A stretch of DNA of 64,000 bases from Bacteroidota Order II. bacterium (GCA_016788705.1 JAEUSQ010000059.1:20449-84448), one strand, 5' to 3'. Positions 22,920-33,222 are shown, counted from the first letter of the stretch. Notes: a model not told the origin generated them from the letters alone. Program-made: numbers and translations.

Positions 22920-25448
22920 ATGAAACGTCTTTTATCCCTACTGATATGGGCTATAGCCCTGACAGGCTCCATACATGCACAAAACCCAGCAGGTGGAGCA
23001 AATGCTCCTAAAATCGGGAAGGTCAGTGGCGCCGTTGTAGATGCAGCCTCCAACCAACCCATTCCTTTTGCTACGGTCGTGCTGCAAAAATCCAAGCCAT
23101 CTCCTGCACGATTGGCCACCATGCCCAAAGAAATGCAAGAACGCATCCAAAATGCACCACCAGACTCCTCAGTGGTCGCGGGTATGGTGTCGGACGAAAA
23201 AGGCCGTTTTAATTTAGAGAACCTTCCTTACGGGACATTTAAACTTAAAGTTAGTTTTATCGGGTACAAAGCCATTGTCAAAACCGACTTGGCGATCACG
23301 CCAAATCAAACGGAAATCTCTTTAGGTACCATTACTTTGGCCGAAATCGTCAATACCAAAGAAATCATCATTACGGCTGAACGGGACTTGGTACAGATCG
23401 CACCTGATCGTAAGATTTATAATATTGGAAAAGACCTTACCGCCACCGGAGGCAATGGAATAGATGTGATGCGCAACATCCCCTCGGTACAAGTGGACAT
23501 GGACAACAATGTTTCGATGCGGGGCAGCGGAAACATTCAGGTTCTGATAGATGGTAAACCTTCTAACCTACCTATTGCAACCCTCCTTGAGCAAACCCCT
23601 TCGTCACAAATTGACCGCATCGAAATTATCACCAATCCTTCCGCGAAATATGACTCCGATTCTTCCGCAGGGATCATCAACATTGTCTTGAAACGTCCGA
23701 ATCAAGCTGGATACAATACCAGTATCTCCAGTAACATTGGCACAGGATTTAAGCCAAATTCCTTCCGCACGTCCAATAACATTGCCCTGAATTACCGCGC
23801 ACCCAAGTATAATGCTTTTGTCAACCTTGGGTATAACCGAATGGCTATGGGGTTTAAGGGATCTTCCATCCGTACCAACCTCACGAATTTCATCGTATCC
23901 TCGACTATTCTGCAAGCGAGTGACGGATACCGCATATTCGATAACGGAAATTTCCGAGCAGGTTTCGACTATTTTTTTGACAACCGCACATCCCTCAGTC
24001 TATCCGGTGGATACAACCTACGGGATGGTGGTGGATTCTCCTTAACGGCTTACACCTTCATGGATGGCATGGACAGACTGACCGATCGGTATAACCGCAA
24101 TACGGATAACGAAGGAGGTAATAAGGGCTGGGAAACGGCACTCGACTTCCGCAAGATCATTGGGGGTGCGGGACACGAGTTTACCGCCAACATAGCATTT
24201 AACCGAGGAGAACAAGATGACCTCCAGACCTATTCAGAATATGATGTGGTGAACAATATCCCACAGACCGACCTTAGCCAACAACGGGATAACACGATTG
24301 GCAACGACCATTTGTTTACCGCACAAACCGATTATACCCGTCCGCTCAGCAACGGCGGAAAATTGGAATTAGGGTATAAGTTTACCCAACGACATAACGA
24401 CCAAGACTATCGTGCCACCGATTATTTGAACAACACGTGGCAAGATAACGTACTACGGACCAATCAGTTTATTCTGGACGAAGACATTCATGCAGGCTAT
24501 GCGATGTACACCGGCCTCATTGGGAAATTTGCTTATCAAGTAGGGATTCGGGCCGTACAAACGTACCAACGCGGCAATCAGAAAACAACCGATCAGAAGT
24601 TCGACCAAAACTACTTTAACTTCTTCCCTACCCTAAACGTACGACAAACGCTGGCATCTAAAAATGAAGTAACCTTGGGTTATAGCCGCCGTCAGAACCG
24701 ACCTAATCGCTGGGCAATGAACCCCTTCCCAGATTATAGCGACCCCGTTAACATTCGGGTTGGGAATCCACTTATCAAACCTGAATATGTAGATGCACTG
24801 GAGTTAGGCCATATGCTGAACTTGAAAAAAGGCTCCCTAACTTCTACCGTATTCTATCGCCACACCTCCGACCTCGTTTCCCCCATCAACCGATTGGGCG
24901 AAAACGGCATCAGTATTACGACATTTGAGAACCTAAAATCTGCCGACTCCTATGGCTTGGAATTTATTGCCACCAACCGCCTATCCAAAGCCATAAACCT
25001 GACGACGAGCCTGAATGGCTATCGGCGAGAAGTGAGCGGCGTCTCCCAAAACACCAATAGCGGCTTTTCGTGGAGTACCCGCGTAAACGCCAGCCTGACC
25101 TTGCCTTATGGCATCAATGGCCAAGTTTCATGGGATTATCAGGCGCCGCAACCCAGTGCCCAAGGCACCATGCTGAGCCGCCAAAATACCGATGTTGGGT
25201 TTGCAAAAAGCTTCCTTAACAACTCGTTGATGGTTTCTCTTCGCGGTTCCGACATCTTTGATCAACGTCGGTTTGGGATGAACAATACCGATCCAGACTT
25301 CATCTATTCTTTTACCCGTCGCATGGTTAACCGTAATGTGACACTCGGCGCAACGTGGAATATTGGTTCGAACGATCGTCAGAACAACCAACGTAACCGA
25401 AAAAAGAACCTAAACGAAGACGGATCCGCCGGAGGCGACCAGTTCTAA
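22920..25448 (+). CDS. TonB-dependent outer-membrane receptor (CarboxypepD_reg + plug + OMP_b-brl_3-type barrel)
   Basis: 842 aa. Signal peptide MKRLLSLLIWAIALTGSIHAQ; CarboxypepD_reg-like KVSGAVVDAASNQPIPFATVVL...GRFNLENLPYGTFKLKVSFIGY; plug NIPSVQVD...VSMRGSG..QVLIDGKP; long beta-barrel ending in an aromatic-rich strand. Confidence 0.85.
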   Translation: MKRLLSLLIWAIALTGSIHAQNPAGGANAPKIGKVSGAVVDAASNQPIPFATVVLQKSKPSPARLATMPKEMQERIQNAPPDSSVVAGMVSDEKGRFNLENLPYGTFKLKVSFIGYKAIVKTDLAITPNQTEISLGTITLAEIVNTKEIIITAERDLVQIAPDRKIYNIGKDLTATGGNGIDVMRNIPSVQVDMDNNVSMRGSGNIQVLIDGKPSNLPIATLLEQTPSSQIDRIEIITNPSAKYDSDSSAGIINIVLKRPNQAGYNTSISSNIGTGFKPNSFRTSNNIALNYRAPKYNAFVNLGYNRMAMGFKGSSIRTNLTNFIVSSTILQASDGYRIFDNGNFRAGFDYFFDNRTSLSLSGGYNLRDGGGFSLTAYTFMDGMDRLTDRYNRNTDNEGGNKGWETALDFRKIIGGAGHEFTANIAFNRGEQDDLQTYSEYDVVNNIPQTDLSQQRDNTIGNDHLFTAQTDYTRPLSNGGKLELGYKFTQRHNDQDYRATDYLNNTWQDNVLRTNQFILDEDIHAGYAMYTGLIGKFAYQVGIRAVQTYQRGNQKTTDQKFDQNYFNFFPTLNVRQTLASKNEVTLGYSRRQNRPNRWAMNPFPDYSDPVNIRVGNPLIKPEYVDALELGHMLNLKKGSLTSTVFYRHTSDLVSPINRLGENGISITTFENLKSADSYGLEFIATNRLSKAINLTTSLNGYRREVSGVSQNTNSGFSWSTRVNASLTLPYGINGQVSWDYQAPQPSAQGTMLSRQNTDVGFAKSFLNNSLMVSLRGSDIFDQRRFGMNNTDPDFIYSFTRRMVNRNVTLGATWNIGSNDRQNNQRNRKKNLNEDGSAGGDQF

Positions 25449-25470
25449 CACACCGTTTTGGGAAACTCGC

Positions 25471-25500
25471 AGGCCGTCTTTATGGGCGGCCTTTCTTATT
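25471..25500 (+). terminator. Rho-independent terminator after the TonB-dependent receptor
   Basis: AGGCCG-tctttatggg-CGGCCT followed by TTCTTATT. Confidence 0.6.
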
Positions 25501-25593
25501 GTGTATGGCCCCAAAGTACGGTTTTCGTTTTATGGCCGTATTTCCGTATCATGCACCTGACCGTCCGCAAACCTCCACCCAACGGGTACTATC

Positions 25594-26961
25594 ATGAAAG
25601 GGTTTCGCTCCATTACACTCAGGCTTTTACTCTTGCTCCTGTTTTTGGGCACAATAGAGGCCCTATTGGTGGCTTTTTTTGTACAGCGAGAAACCGAAAA
25701 AGCTTTTGAACGCTACACACAAATAGACATTCAGAATCGGTTCATCATCAATGTTACCGACTTTTACCGATCTACGGGTAGCTGGCGAGGTATCGAGGCA
25801 GCCTCTCAATTTGGCATAGGCGCGTTTCATCCATTAGAGGCACCCACCCCCCATAAACCGCCCGATCCGCCTTATTTTTTGGTAGATACCAAGCGCAAGG
25901 TTTTAATCCCCACCACCAAATATCCACACGGCACAACCGTTCCAGCATCGCTACTGACTGCCGGAAAACCCATTTTGGTACGCGGAACCTTTGTTGGCAC
26001 TGCTTTACCAACCGGAACCATGCTCCCTTTGCGCCCTGAAGACCGCGACTATTTGGCCCGCATCCGCAACGCTTTATTTTATGCCACAGGTGTAAGTGTG
26101 GTGGTAGCCTGGATACTGGGCGCCCTTTTGGCTGGTCGGCTGACCAAACCATTGCGATTATTGACACAGGCCACCCGACAACTTTCCTCCGGCGAACTCG
26201 GCACACAAGTGGAAGTGCGCTCAAACGACGAGGTGGGTGATGTTGCGCGGGCCTTTAACCGCATGAGTACCGAACTAGAAAAAGCCAGGGCACTCCGCCA
26301 TCAAATGACCGCCGACTTGGCGCACGACCTCCGAACGCCACTCACGGTTCTATCCGGATATTTGGAGGCGCTCAAAGAAGGCGACTTACCCCCCACCACT
26401 GCCCGCTTCGAGGCGATGTACACCGAAGCCAAACACCTCCAACGATTGATCGAAGACTTGCGCGTGATTTCACTTGCCGATGCTGGCGAACTTCCCTTAA
26501 ATAAAACGGCAAAACACCCAAAAGAGTTATTGGAACGCACCGTCCGTGCCTTCGAACAACAGGCAGCCCTCCGACGCATCCGGCTAAACATACAAACAAC
26601 ACCGGATTTAGCACCCATTTTTGTGGATGAAGATCGGATGGCACAGGTCTTGGGCAATCTGGTGGGGAATGCCCTTCGTTATGCACCAACGGATAGCGCG
26701 GTGGTTCTTACGGCAAGCCAAGAAGGCCATTGGATGGTCTTTACCGTGACCGACACAGGGGAAGGCGTCCCAAACGCACAACTTCCTTTTGTTTTTGATC
26801 GCTTTTATCGTGGCGATCCAGCACGACAACAAGCCTACCAATCCTCTGGTCTTGGCTTGGCCATTGTGAAATCGGTGGTAGAGGCCCACGGTGGAAGCGT
26901 TCACGTGGAAAGCCAGACCGGAAAAGGAACCCGCTTCCAGATTCTATTACCCGCCACATAA
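25594..26961 (+). CDS. Sensor histidine kinase (two TM segments, HAMP, HisKA, HATPase_c); no cognate response regulator in this window
   Basis: H-box MTADLAHDLRTPLT, N-box LGNLVGNALRYAP, G-boxes VTDTGEGVP and GLGLAIVKSVVEAHGG, HAMP segment LTKPLRLLTQATRQL. Confidence 0.9.
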   Translation: MKGFRSITLRLLLLLLFLGTIEALLVAFFVQRETEKAFERYTQIDIQNRFIINVTDFYRSTGSWRGIEAASQFGIGAFHPLEAPTPHKPPDPPYFLVDTKRKVLIPTTKYPHGTTVPASLLTAGKPILVRGTFVGTALPTGTMLPLRPEDRDYLARIRNALFYATGVSVVVAWILGALLAGRLTKPLRLLTQATRQLSSGELGTQVEVRSNDEVGDVARAFNRMSTELEKARALRHQMTADLAHDLRTPLTVLSGYLEALKEGDLPPTTARFEAMYTEAKHLQRLIEDLRVISLADAGELPLNKTAKHPKELLERTVRAFEQQAALRRIRLNIQTTPDLAPIFVDEDRMAQVLGNLVGNALRYAPTDSAVVLTASQEGHWMVFTVTDTGEGVPNAQLPFVFDRFYRGDPARQQAYQSSGLGLAIVKSVVEAHGGSVHVESQTGKGTRFQILLPAT

Positions 26962-26991
26962 AAAAATCCGCACGGGGAAAGCCATGCGGAT
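26961..26991 (-). terminator. Terminator after pgi (minus strand)
   Basis: Minus strand has ATCCGCA-tggctttccccg-TGCGGAT followed by TTTTTT(A). On the plus strand the tail is not U-rich, so it mainly serves pgi. Confidence 0.65.
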
Positions 26992-27018
26992 CAAAAATGG
27001 GGTGTTATGAACAGGTTT

Positions 27019-28290
27019 TTAGGGCTTGCCCAAGAGCCGGAACATTTCTTTCTTGTAGGCTTCCACACCGGGCTGATCAAACGGGTTAATCCCTAACAAG
27101 TACCCGCCAATGGCCACGCCATGTTCAAAGAAATAAATCAATTCGCCCACTGTTTGCGGCGTAATGGCATCCATCCAGAGGGTCATATTGGGGACACCAC
27201 CCTCGGTATGGGCCTGTCGGGTTCCTTCATACGCCTTTCGGTTGATCTCGGTATAAGGTTTTCCCACCAAATAGTTCAGTTTATCGAGGTCGCCTGCCAG
27301 CAGAGGCGCGGAAATGTCCCCATTATCGTCCTGTGCCATCAAAAACGTTTCGGCCACTACCCGTTGTCCATCCTGCATATACTGCCCCAGCGAGTGTAGA
27401 TCGGTCGAGAACTGCATGGCCACCGGAAAAAGTCCCTTTCCCTCTTTGCCCTCGCTCTCGCCATAAAGTTGCTGCCACCACGCGCCCATCGGGTAGAGTT
27501 TAGGTTCAAATACCGAGAGTACGTCTGTTTTATATCCCGCTTCGTGCAGCCAAAAGCGGGCAACGGCATATTGCAAGGCTGCATTGTTTTCGGACGTGGT
27601 TAAGCGTTCACACTCGGCGCGTGCACCCTCGAACAAAGCGCGAATATCAATACCAGCAGCGGCAATGGGCAACAAACCAACGGGCGTTAGTACGGAGAAA
27701 CGCCCACCCACATCCGGCGGAATGACAAACTTGCGGAATCCTCGGCTGTTGCGTAATTGATTCAATGCACCCGATGCCGGGTCGGTGGTGGCAATAATGC
27801 GGTTATTGGCATCTGGAAACCGTTCATCCATCCAATCTAATAAAAACCGGAAGGCCAATGCGGGTTCTAAAGTGGTTCCAGACTTGGAGATTACATTCAC
27901 ATATACCGATTTGCCTTCTAAGGATTGTAACAGTTCCCGAAGATAGGCTCCGCTCATATGGTGTCCCGCAAAAAGAATTTCTGGACCCGAACGGTTATAA
28001 TAAGGCGACAAGGCTTCAATAACGGCTTTTGCCCCCAGATAAGAGCCGCCAATCCCAATACAAAGCAATACCTCGGCACGTTCGCGTATTTCGGCGGCAA
28101 TAGCAGCTACCTCGTCTAAAAGCAATAAATCGGGCGCAGTAAGCAGGTCTCGCCAGCCCAAAAAATCATTCCCAGCGCCAGTTTTGGTTATTAAAGCCGT
28201 TTGCGCCGTTTCTAATACTGGCTGAAAATCAGAAAGCGCCTGCCCTGATGGCATAAACGGGTAAATATTGGAAAGATCGAGGGTAAGCAT
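27019..28290 (-). CDS. pgi: Glucose-6-phosphate isomerase (short bacterial type)
   Basis: GNDFLGWRDL, IGIGGSYLGAKAV, ISKSGTTLE, GGRFSVLTPVGLLP, QLYGESEGK, GINPFDQPGVEAYK. I prefer the ATG at 28290 (MLTLDLSNIYPF) over the track start at 28341. Confidence 0.9.
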   Translation of the reverse strand: MLTLDLSNIYPFMPSGQALSDFQPVLETAQTALITKTGAGNDFLGWRDLLTAPDLLLLDEVAAIAAEIRERAEVLLCIGIGGSYLGAKAVIEALSPYYNRSGPEILFAGHHMSGAYLRELLQSLEGKSVYVNVISKSGTTLEPALAFRFLLDWMDERFPDANNRIIATTDPASGALNQLRNSRGFRKFVIPPDVGGRFSVLTPVGLLPIAAAGIDIRALFEGARAECERLTTSENNAALQYAVARFWLHEAGYKTDVLSVFEPKLYPMGAWWQQLYGESEGKEGKGLFPVAMQFSTDLHSLGQYMQDGQRVVAETFLMAQDDNGDISAPLLAGDLDKLNYLVGKPYTEINRKAYEGTRQAHTEGGVPNMTLWMDAITPQTVGELIYFFEHGVAIGGYLLGINPFDQPGVEAYKKEMFRLLGKP

Positions 28291-28617
28291 AAAAATTAAT
28301 AAGGTCTGTGAACAAGAAAAAATCTGCCCCAAAAATAGCACGCATTAGAACCGACTCTTCGATAATTCTTGATGGAGGAAGGGCTTCCGGCTTTGTTTTT
28401 TGGTTATGCACTTTTAGCCTTCTACATACGCACATCCCGGCTATGCACCTTAAGAATGCTGCCACATGAGATAAAACACGATTCTGACCCATTAAGTACA
28501 GACACCGAATAGACCGCATCATACATTTTGCCACAAAACAGGTCTATTAAAAATAAATACTTAAACCATTACAGGACGAAAGCAGTATCTTTCGATAAAC
28601 CTTAAAAGGCATCTTTT

Positions 28618-29478
28618 ATGCACCCACAACAGATCAAACACCTTTCATCGGCGTTGTCGGAGCCTATTCTGGCGTTTTCCTCCCTATCTGGTGGCGATAC
28701 GGCAGAGACATGGCACATACACACTGCCCACAGCACGTATTTTGCCAAAACGGGCCTAACAGATATATCCAATACCTTTGTATGCGAGGCAGATGGCTTA
28801 TCCGTTTTGCGTGGGGCAAAATCGGGATTGGTGATCCCTGAAATAAGGGCTTTGGGATCCGGTTTTTTGGTGTTTGAGTGGTTAGAATCTATCTCGCCCA
28901 CCTCGGCAGACCACGCAGCACTGGGTCGTGGCTTGGCGCAACTACACCAAACGGCCAACCCTCAAGAGACCTTGGGGTATGGTTATCCGGCGCAAAACTT
29001 TATTGGCCGGACGCCACAACACAATGAATGGCACTCCTCGTGGCCTTCTTTTTTTACTGAACACCGCCTTCATGCCATGGCAGAGCGTTGTCGTCGGGCC
29101 AACCACTGGTCGGCCAATTGGGATGGCGCCATTAACGCTTTGTGCAATGCCCTGCCACAAATTCTACCGGCAAGACCCGTCGCCTCGCTTCTACATGGGG
29201 ACTTATGGCACGGCAATGTGTACTTTACCCAAAACGGCCCAGCCCTGATAGATCCGGCAGTATATTATGGCCACCGAGAAACCGACCTCGCTATGACCTC
29301 CTTGTTTGGTGGTTTTTCGCCCGTATTTTATGCCGCATATCATGAAATCTGGCCATTGGAAACCGGATATACCGAAAGACGCGACATTTATAACCTCTAT
29401 CATGTGCTCAATCATTTGTTGCTGTTTGGATCGTCATACGCCGGAAGTGTGGCCACTATTTTGAAAAAATTTGGATAA
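28618..29478 (+). CDS. Fructosamine kinase family protein
   Basis: 286 aa. GGDTAETW..., F.AEADGL, LLHGDLWHGNV (kinase catalytic loop), IDPAVYYGHRETDLAM; matches the PF03881 pattern. Confidence 0.8.
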   Translation: MHPQQIKHLSSALSEPILAFSSLSGGDTAETWHIHTAHSTYFAKTGLTDISNTFVCEADGLSVLRGAKSGLVIPEIRALGSGFLVFEWLESISPTSADHAALGRGLAQLHQTANPQETLGYGYPAQNFIGRTPQHNEWHSSWPSFFTEHRLHAMAERCRRANHWSANWDGAINALCNALPQILPARPVASLLHGDLWHGNVYFTQNGPALIDPAVYYGHRETDLAMTSLFGGFSPVFYAAYHEIWPLETGYTERRDIYNLYHVLNHLLLFGSSYAGSVATILKKFG

Positions 29479-29481
29479 GTT

Positions 29482-30687
29482 ATGCCCGAACATGCCATCA
29501 TTTCCGTATCCGACCTAAACGGTGCGCTCAAAGAAGTAGTCGAGGACACCTTTTCCGACCTATGGGTAGAAGGGGAAATTTCTAATTTTAAGGCCCATAC
29601 GTCCGGCCACTTATATTTTAGCCTAAAGGATTACCAATCCCAGATTTCCTGCGCACTTTGGCAATTTAATCGTAAATATTTATTTTTCACGCCGCACGAT
29701 GGGATGAAGGTGGTGGCCCATGGAGCACTCTCCCTATATCCGCCACGCGGTACCTATTCTTTTGTTGTCAAGTCCCTGCGTCCAGCGGGTGAAGGCGACC
29801 TCAACTTGGCCTTCGAGGCCCTGAAACAAAAATTAGCCGCCGAAGGTCTTTTTGCTGCCCATAAAAAACAAAAGCTCCCTCGTTATCCACAAAAAATCGG
29901 GGTGATTACCAGTGAAACTGGTGCTGCGATTCAAGACATTTTGCGGGTAATCCAACACCGTTTCCCGATGGTGCAGGTATCGCTGATTCCGGTAATGGTA
30001 CAGGGGCCGGGCGCTGCCGAAGAAATTGCACGGGCCATCTATCAGTTTAATGCCCAACCCACGCCAGTAGATGTTCTGCTAATTGGGCGGGGTGGTGGAA
30101 GCATTGAGGATTTATGGGCCTTCAACGAAGAAGTGGTGGCACGGGCGATCTATCACAGCACCATCCCGGTTATTAGTGCGGTTGGACACGAAACAGATGT
30201 GACCATCGCTGATTTGGTGGCCGATGTGCGTGCGGCAACCCCCTCTAATGCGGCAGAACTCGCCACGCCGAACCAACACGAAGCACTACAACTTATCGTT
30301 AATCTTCGGTACACGATTAAAATTCGTACATTACGCAAATTGGAAGTAGAACAAGACCGTTTACGAAACCTTCGCGGATCATATGCCCTAAACCGTCCGC
30401 GTATGATGCTGGAAGAACAATTGCGCCGCCTCATAGAACTCCGACGCCAATTATTGCGCGTCGCCCAATTTCAGGTGGAACACGCCCGAACCAGTCTCCA
30501 ATTTAGGGAAGCACAATTACGACAACTTGACCCCAACGCACCCCTAAAACGGGGCTATGTACAAGTCTATAAAGACCAAGACCTGCTCTTTAGGGCCAAT
30601 GAAGCCCACCCCAAACAATTCCTTACCTTACGGTTTCTGGATGGATCGGTAGCCGTAACCGTCACCGAGACGCGACCTGATCGTTAA
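29482..30687 (+). CDS. xseA: Exodeoxyribonuclease VII large subunit
   Basis: VSDLNGALKEVVEDTFSDLWVEGEISNFKAHTSGHLYFSLKD (OB fold), GVITSETGAAIQDIL, GRGGGSIEDLWAFNEE, ISAVGHETDVTIAD. Confidence 0.9.
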   Translation: MPEHAIISVSDLNGALKEVVEDTFSDLWVEGEISNFKAHTSGHLYFSLKDYQSQISCALWQFNRKYLFFTPHDGMKVVAHGALSLYPPRGTYSFVVKSLRPAGEGDLNLAFEALKQKLAAEGLFAAHKKQKLPRYPQKIGVITSETGAAIQDILRVIQHRFPMVQVSLIPVMVQGPGAAEEIARAIYQFNAQPTPVDVLLIGRGGGSIEDLWAFNEEVVARAIYHSTIPVISAVGHETDVTIADLVADVRAATPSNAAELATPNQHEALQLIVNLRYTIKIRTLRKLEVEQDRLRNLRGSYALNRPRMMLEEQLRRLIELRRQLLRVAQFQVEHARTSLQFREAQLRQLDPNAPLKRGYVQVYKDQDLLFRANEAHPKQFLTLRFLDGSVAVTVTETRPDR

Positions 30688-30938
30688 AAGGTGGTTTTGT
30701 ATAGACCAAGACCACAGTAACACTTGCTTTCTTCCAGACTTTACCCGAAATTGGTCTATCAGAACCAAAAACGTTTCACTATAAGGGCGCTATTTTCTGT
30801 ATTTTTTACAAAAGAAGTACTGCGTGGTGAACAAATATCGTTGGCATTCGTTTTATCGCCCATATTTTGCGGCAATGCCTCCCTATCAGAAACGCCACTC
30901 GCGGTGCCTTTCCAAGCCCGTAATCACCCCGACAAACT

Positions 30939-31160
30939 ATGTCCCAATTATTGTCCGAACGCACCTTTAGCGAAGCGATCCAATCTTTAGAACAAATCGT
31001 GCGCACCTTAGAGCAACCCGTTCCATTAGAAGAAGCCTTATCGCTGTATGAAGAAGGCTTGTCGCTGGCACACTTTTGCGAAACCCGCTTACAGGAAGCC
31101 CAATTGCGTATCGAAAAACTATCGCTTCAACCTTCCGAAGTCCATTCCTCAACTTTATGA
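30939..31160 (+). CDS. xseB: Exodeoxyribonuclease VII small subunit
   Basis: 73 aa. FSEAIQSLEQIVRTLEQPVPLEEALSLYEEGLSLAHFCETRLQEAQLRIEKL is the typical XseB helix-hairpin. Its stop overlaps the dxs ATG (ATGA at 31157-31160). Confidence 0.85.
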   Translation: MSQLLSERTFSEAIQSLEQIVRTLEQPVPLEEALSLYEEGLSLAHFCETRLQEAQLRIEKLSLQPSEVHSSTL

Positions 31161-33094
31161 ACGAACGTCAAACTGACCATACTCTCGGCCCTCTACTTGC
31201 CCAAATTGATCTGCCGCATATCTTGCGGGAACTGCCCGTCGAAAAATTGCCCCAAGTGGCCAAAGAATTGCGGGAATACATTATAGACATTATTTCGGTA
31301 CATGGGGGGCACTTCGCGGCCTCACTTGGCGTGGTGGAACTCACCGTCGCGCTTCATTATGTTTACCAGACACCTAAGGACCAGATTGTGTGGGATGTGG
31401 GACACCAAGCTTATGGACATAAAATCCTTACTGGTCGAAGAGATGTCTTTCATACCAACCGTAAATATCAAGGGGTTTCGGGCTTCCCCAAACGGTCCGA
31501 GTCGGAGTACGACACCTTTGGGGTAGGCCATGCCTCCACTTCCATTTCGGCTGCACTTGGCATGGCTAAAGCCCGCGATATTGCCGAGACAGACCAAAAG
31601 GTGGTGGCCATTATTGGTGACGGCTCGATGACAGGCGGTTTGGCATTTGAAGGATTGAATAATGCCGGAACAGCAAAATCGGACCTGCTCGTTATCTTGA
31701 ACGACAACCGAATGTCTATAGACCCCAATGTGGGCGCTTTAAACGAATATTTAGCTGAGATTACTGCTGGAAAGGGCTGGAATACCCTCCGAGATGAAGT
31801 TTGGGACTTCCTCGAAAAAATGAAGGGTAAAGGAGGTGGCACCATGCAGCGCTTTATCGGGCGCATCGAAAATGGCATGAAAGCCGCCCTGACACCTGGA
31901 GGCCTTTTTGAAGCCCTTGGCTTCCGCTACTTTGGCCCAGTGGATGGTCACGACGTGGTCCAACTCGCTAAAATTTTAGACGATCTAAAAGACCTTAAAG
32001 GCCCTATCCTGCTCCACTGTATGACGGTTAAAGGTAAGGGTTTTGCTCCTGCCGAACAAGACCAACTGAAGTGGCACGCCCAAAGTTCGCCCTTCGACAA
32101 ACTCACCGGCGAATCTTTGGTTAAACCCGATCCTGGCCAACGTAAGATACCCAACTGGCAAGATATTTTTGGGGATGCCATCCTTGAATTAGCCAAAGAA
32201 GACCCCAAAGTAGTAGGAATTACGGCGGCAATGCCCAGCGGAACAGGCCTGAGCAAAATGATGAAACAGATGCCACATCGGGCATTTGATGTCGGAATTG
32301 CGGAAATGCATGCCGTGGTCGAAGCAGCCGGAATGGCTACACAGGGCTTGAAACCGTTCGTGGCCATCTATTCCAGTTTTCTACAGCGTGCCTACGACGG
32401 AATCATCCATGACGTGGCCCTGCAAGATCTTCCGGTTGTCTTCTGTATAGACCGATCCGGGCTGGTGGGTGCAGACGGGGCCACACACCATGGCGCCTTG
32501 GATATTTCGTATTTGCGATGTGTGCAGAACATGGTGGTGGCGGCACCGATGGAGGCGCAAGACCTGCGTAATCTCATGTTCTCGGCCAGTTTACACACCA
32601 AAGGCCCCTATGCAATCCGATACCCCCGTGGTGGAACCTCCGACGATGGCATTGGTCCATTTGTAGAAATTCCCATTGGTACTGGACGCAAAGTGGCAGA
32701 CGGCACTGATGTAGCCATTTTGAGTTATGGCGCTATCGGGCAATCCGTATCTGCCGCACGTAAACACTTGCAAGAGGCTGGTATTGAAGCTGCGCATTAT
32801 GATTTACGGTTTGTGAAGCCTTTGGATCAGGTCTTATTGGAGGAGGTCTTTACAACATTTGATATGGTGGTTACTATAGAAGATGGGGTGATCCAAGGGG
32901 GCGCGGGAAGTGCTGTAATAGAATGGATGTGCGATCATGGTTTTAAAGCCGATGTTTTGCGGCTGGGTTTACCAGATACATTTGTAGAACATGGCACACA
33001 AAATGAACTTTATGCAGAAGTAGGACTTGATCCGAAAGGAATTTCCCACCAGACCTTAGCGTTTATTCGTCAACACCAATCCATAAGGATTTGA
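31157..33094 (+). CDS. dxs: 1-deoxy-D-xylulose-5-phosphate synthase
   Basis: GGHFAASLGVVELTVALHYVY, VWDVGHQAYGHKILTGR, IIGDGSMTGGLAFEGLNNAG (TPP motif), DVGIAEMHAV, GADGATHHGALD. I prefer the ATG at 31157 (MNERQTDHTLGPLL) over the track start at 31076. Confidence 0.95.
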   Translation: MNERQTDHTLGPLLAQIDLPHILRELPVEKLPQVAKELREYIIDIISVHGGHFAASLGVVELTVALHYVYQTPKDQIVWDVGHQAYGHKILTGRRDVFHTNRKYQGVSGFPKRSESEYDTFGVGHASTSISAALGMAKARDIAETDQKVVAIIGDGSMTGGLAFEGLNNAGTAKSDLLVILNDNRMSIDPNVGALNEYLAEITAGKGWNTLRDEVWDFLEKMKGKGGGTMQRFIGRIENGMKAALTPGGLFEALGFRYFGPVDGHDVVQLAKILDDLKDLKGPILLHCMTVKGKGFAPAEQDQLKWHAQSSPFDKLTGESLVKPDPGQRKIPNWQDIFGDAILELAKEDPKVVGITAAMPSGTGLSKMMKQMPHRAFDVGIAEMHAVVEAAGMATQGLKPFVAIYSSFLQRAYDGIIHDVALQDLPVVFCIDRSGLVGADGATHHGALDISYLRCVQNMVVAAPMEAQDLRNLMFSASLHTKGPYAIRYPRGGTSDDGIGPFVEIPIGTGRKVADGTDVAILSYGAIGQSVSAARKHLQEAGIEAAHYDLRFVKPLDQVLLEEVFTTFDMVVTIEDGVIQGGAGSAVIEWMCDHGFKADVLRLGLPDTFVEHGTQNELYAEVGLDPKGISHQTLAFIRQHQSIRI

Positions 33095-33126
33095 GTTTAA
33101 TCAGTTTACGCTAAAACAAATTCCCA

Positions 33127-33160
33127 AGCCACTGAACTCCAGTGGCTCCTTTTGGTTTTG
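33127..33160 (+). terminator. Rho-independent terminator after dxs
   Basis: AGCCACTG-aactc-CAGTGGCT followed by CCTTTTGGTTTT. Confidence 0.7.
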
Positions 33161-33222
33161 TCGGCACGTACTTTATGGTTAGTTTACTCCCAAACGGCCT
33201 CCACCCCTAGCCCTGATTCTTT

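Noticed and set aside
28508-28548. Recurring ATAGACC/GGTCTAT inverted repeats in several intergenic regions (28508-28548, 30699-30757, 42878-42886) as a possible REP-like element family
   Set aside because: The shared core is only 7 nt, the same heptamer also occurs inside coding regions (for example 14975, 30575, 59843, 60188), and the flanks are not similar. This is compatible with chance.
31076-31156. N-terminal extensions implied by the track's first possible start codons: dxs 31076, TBDR 36608, TolC 61310, hypothetical 17241, pgi 28341, manC 58030, PDDEXK 46176, gamma-CA 12756, LTXXQ protein 52833
   Set aside because: Each extension overlaps the neighbouring gene or precedes an obvious signal peptide or conserved N-terminus. 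Internal ATGs give canonical N-termini, so I adjusted the starts.
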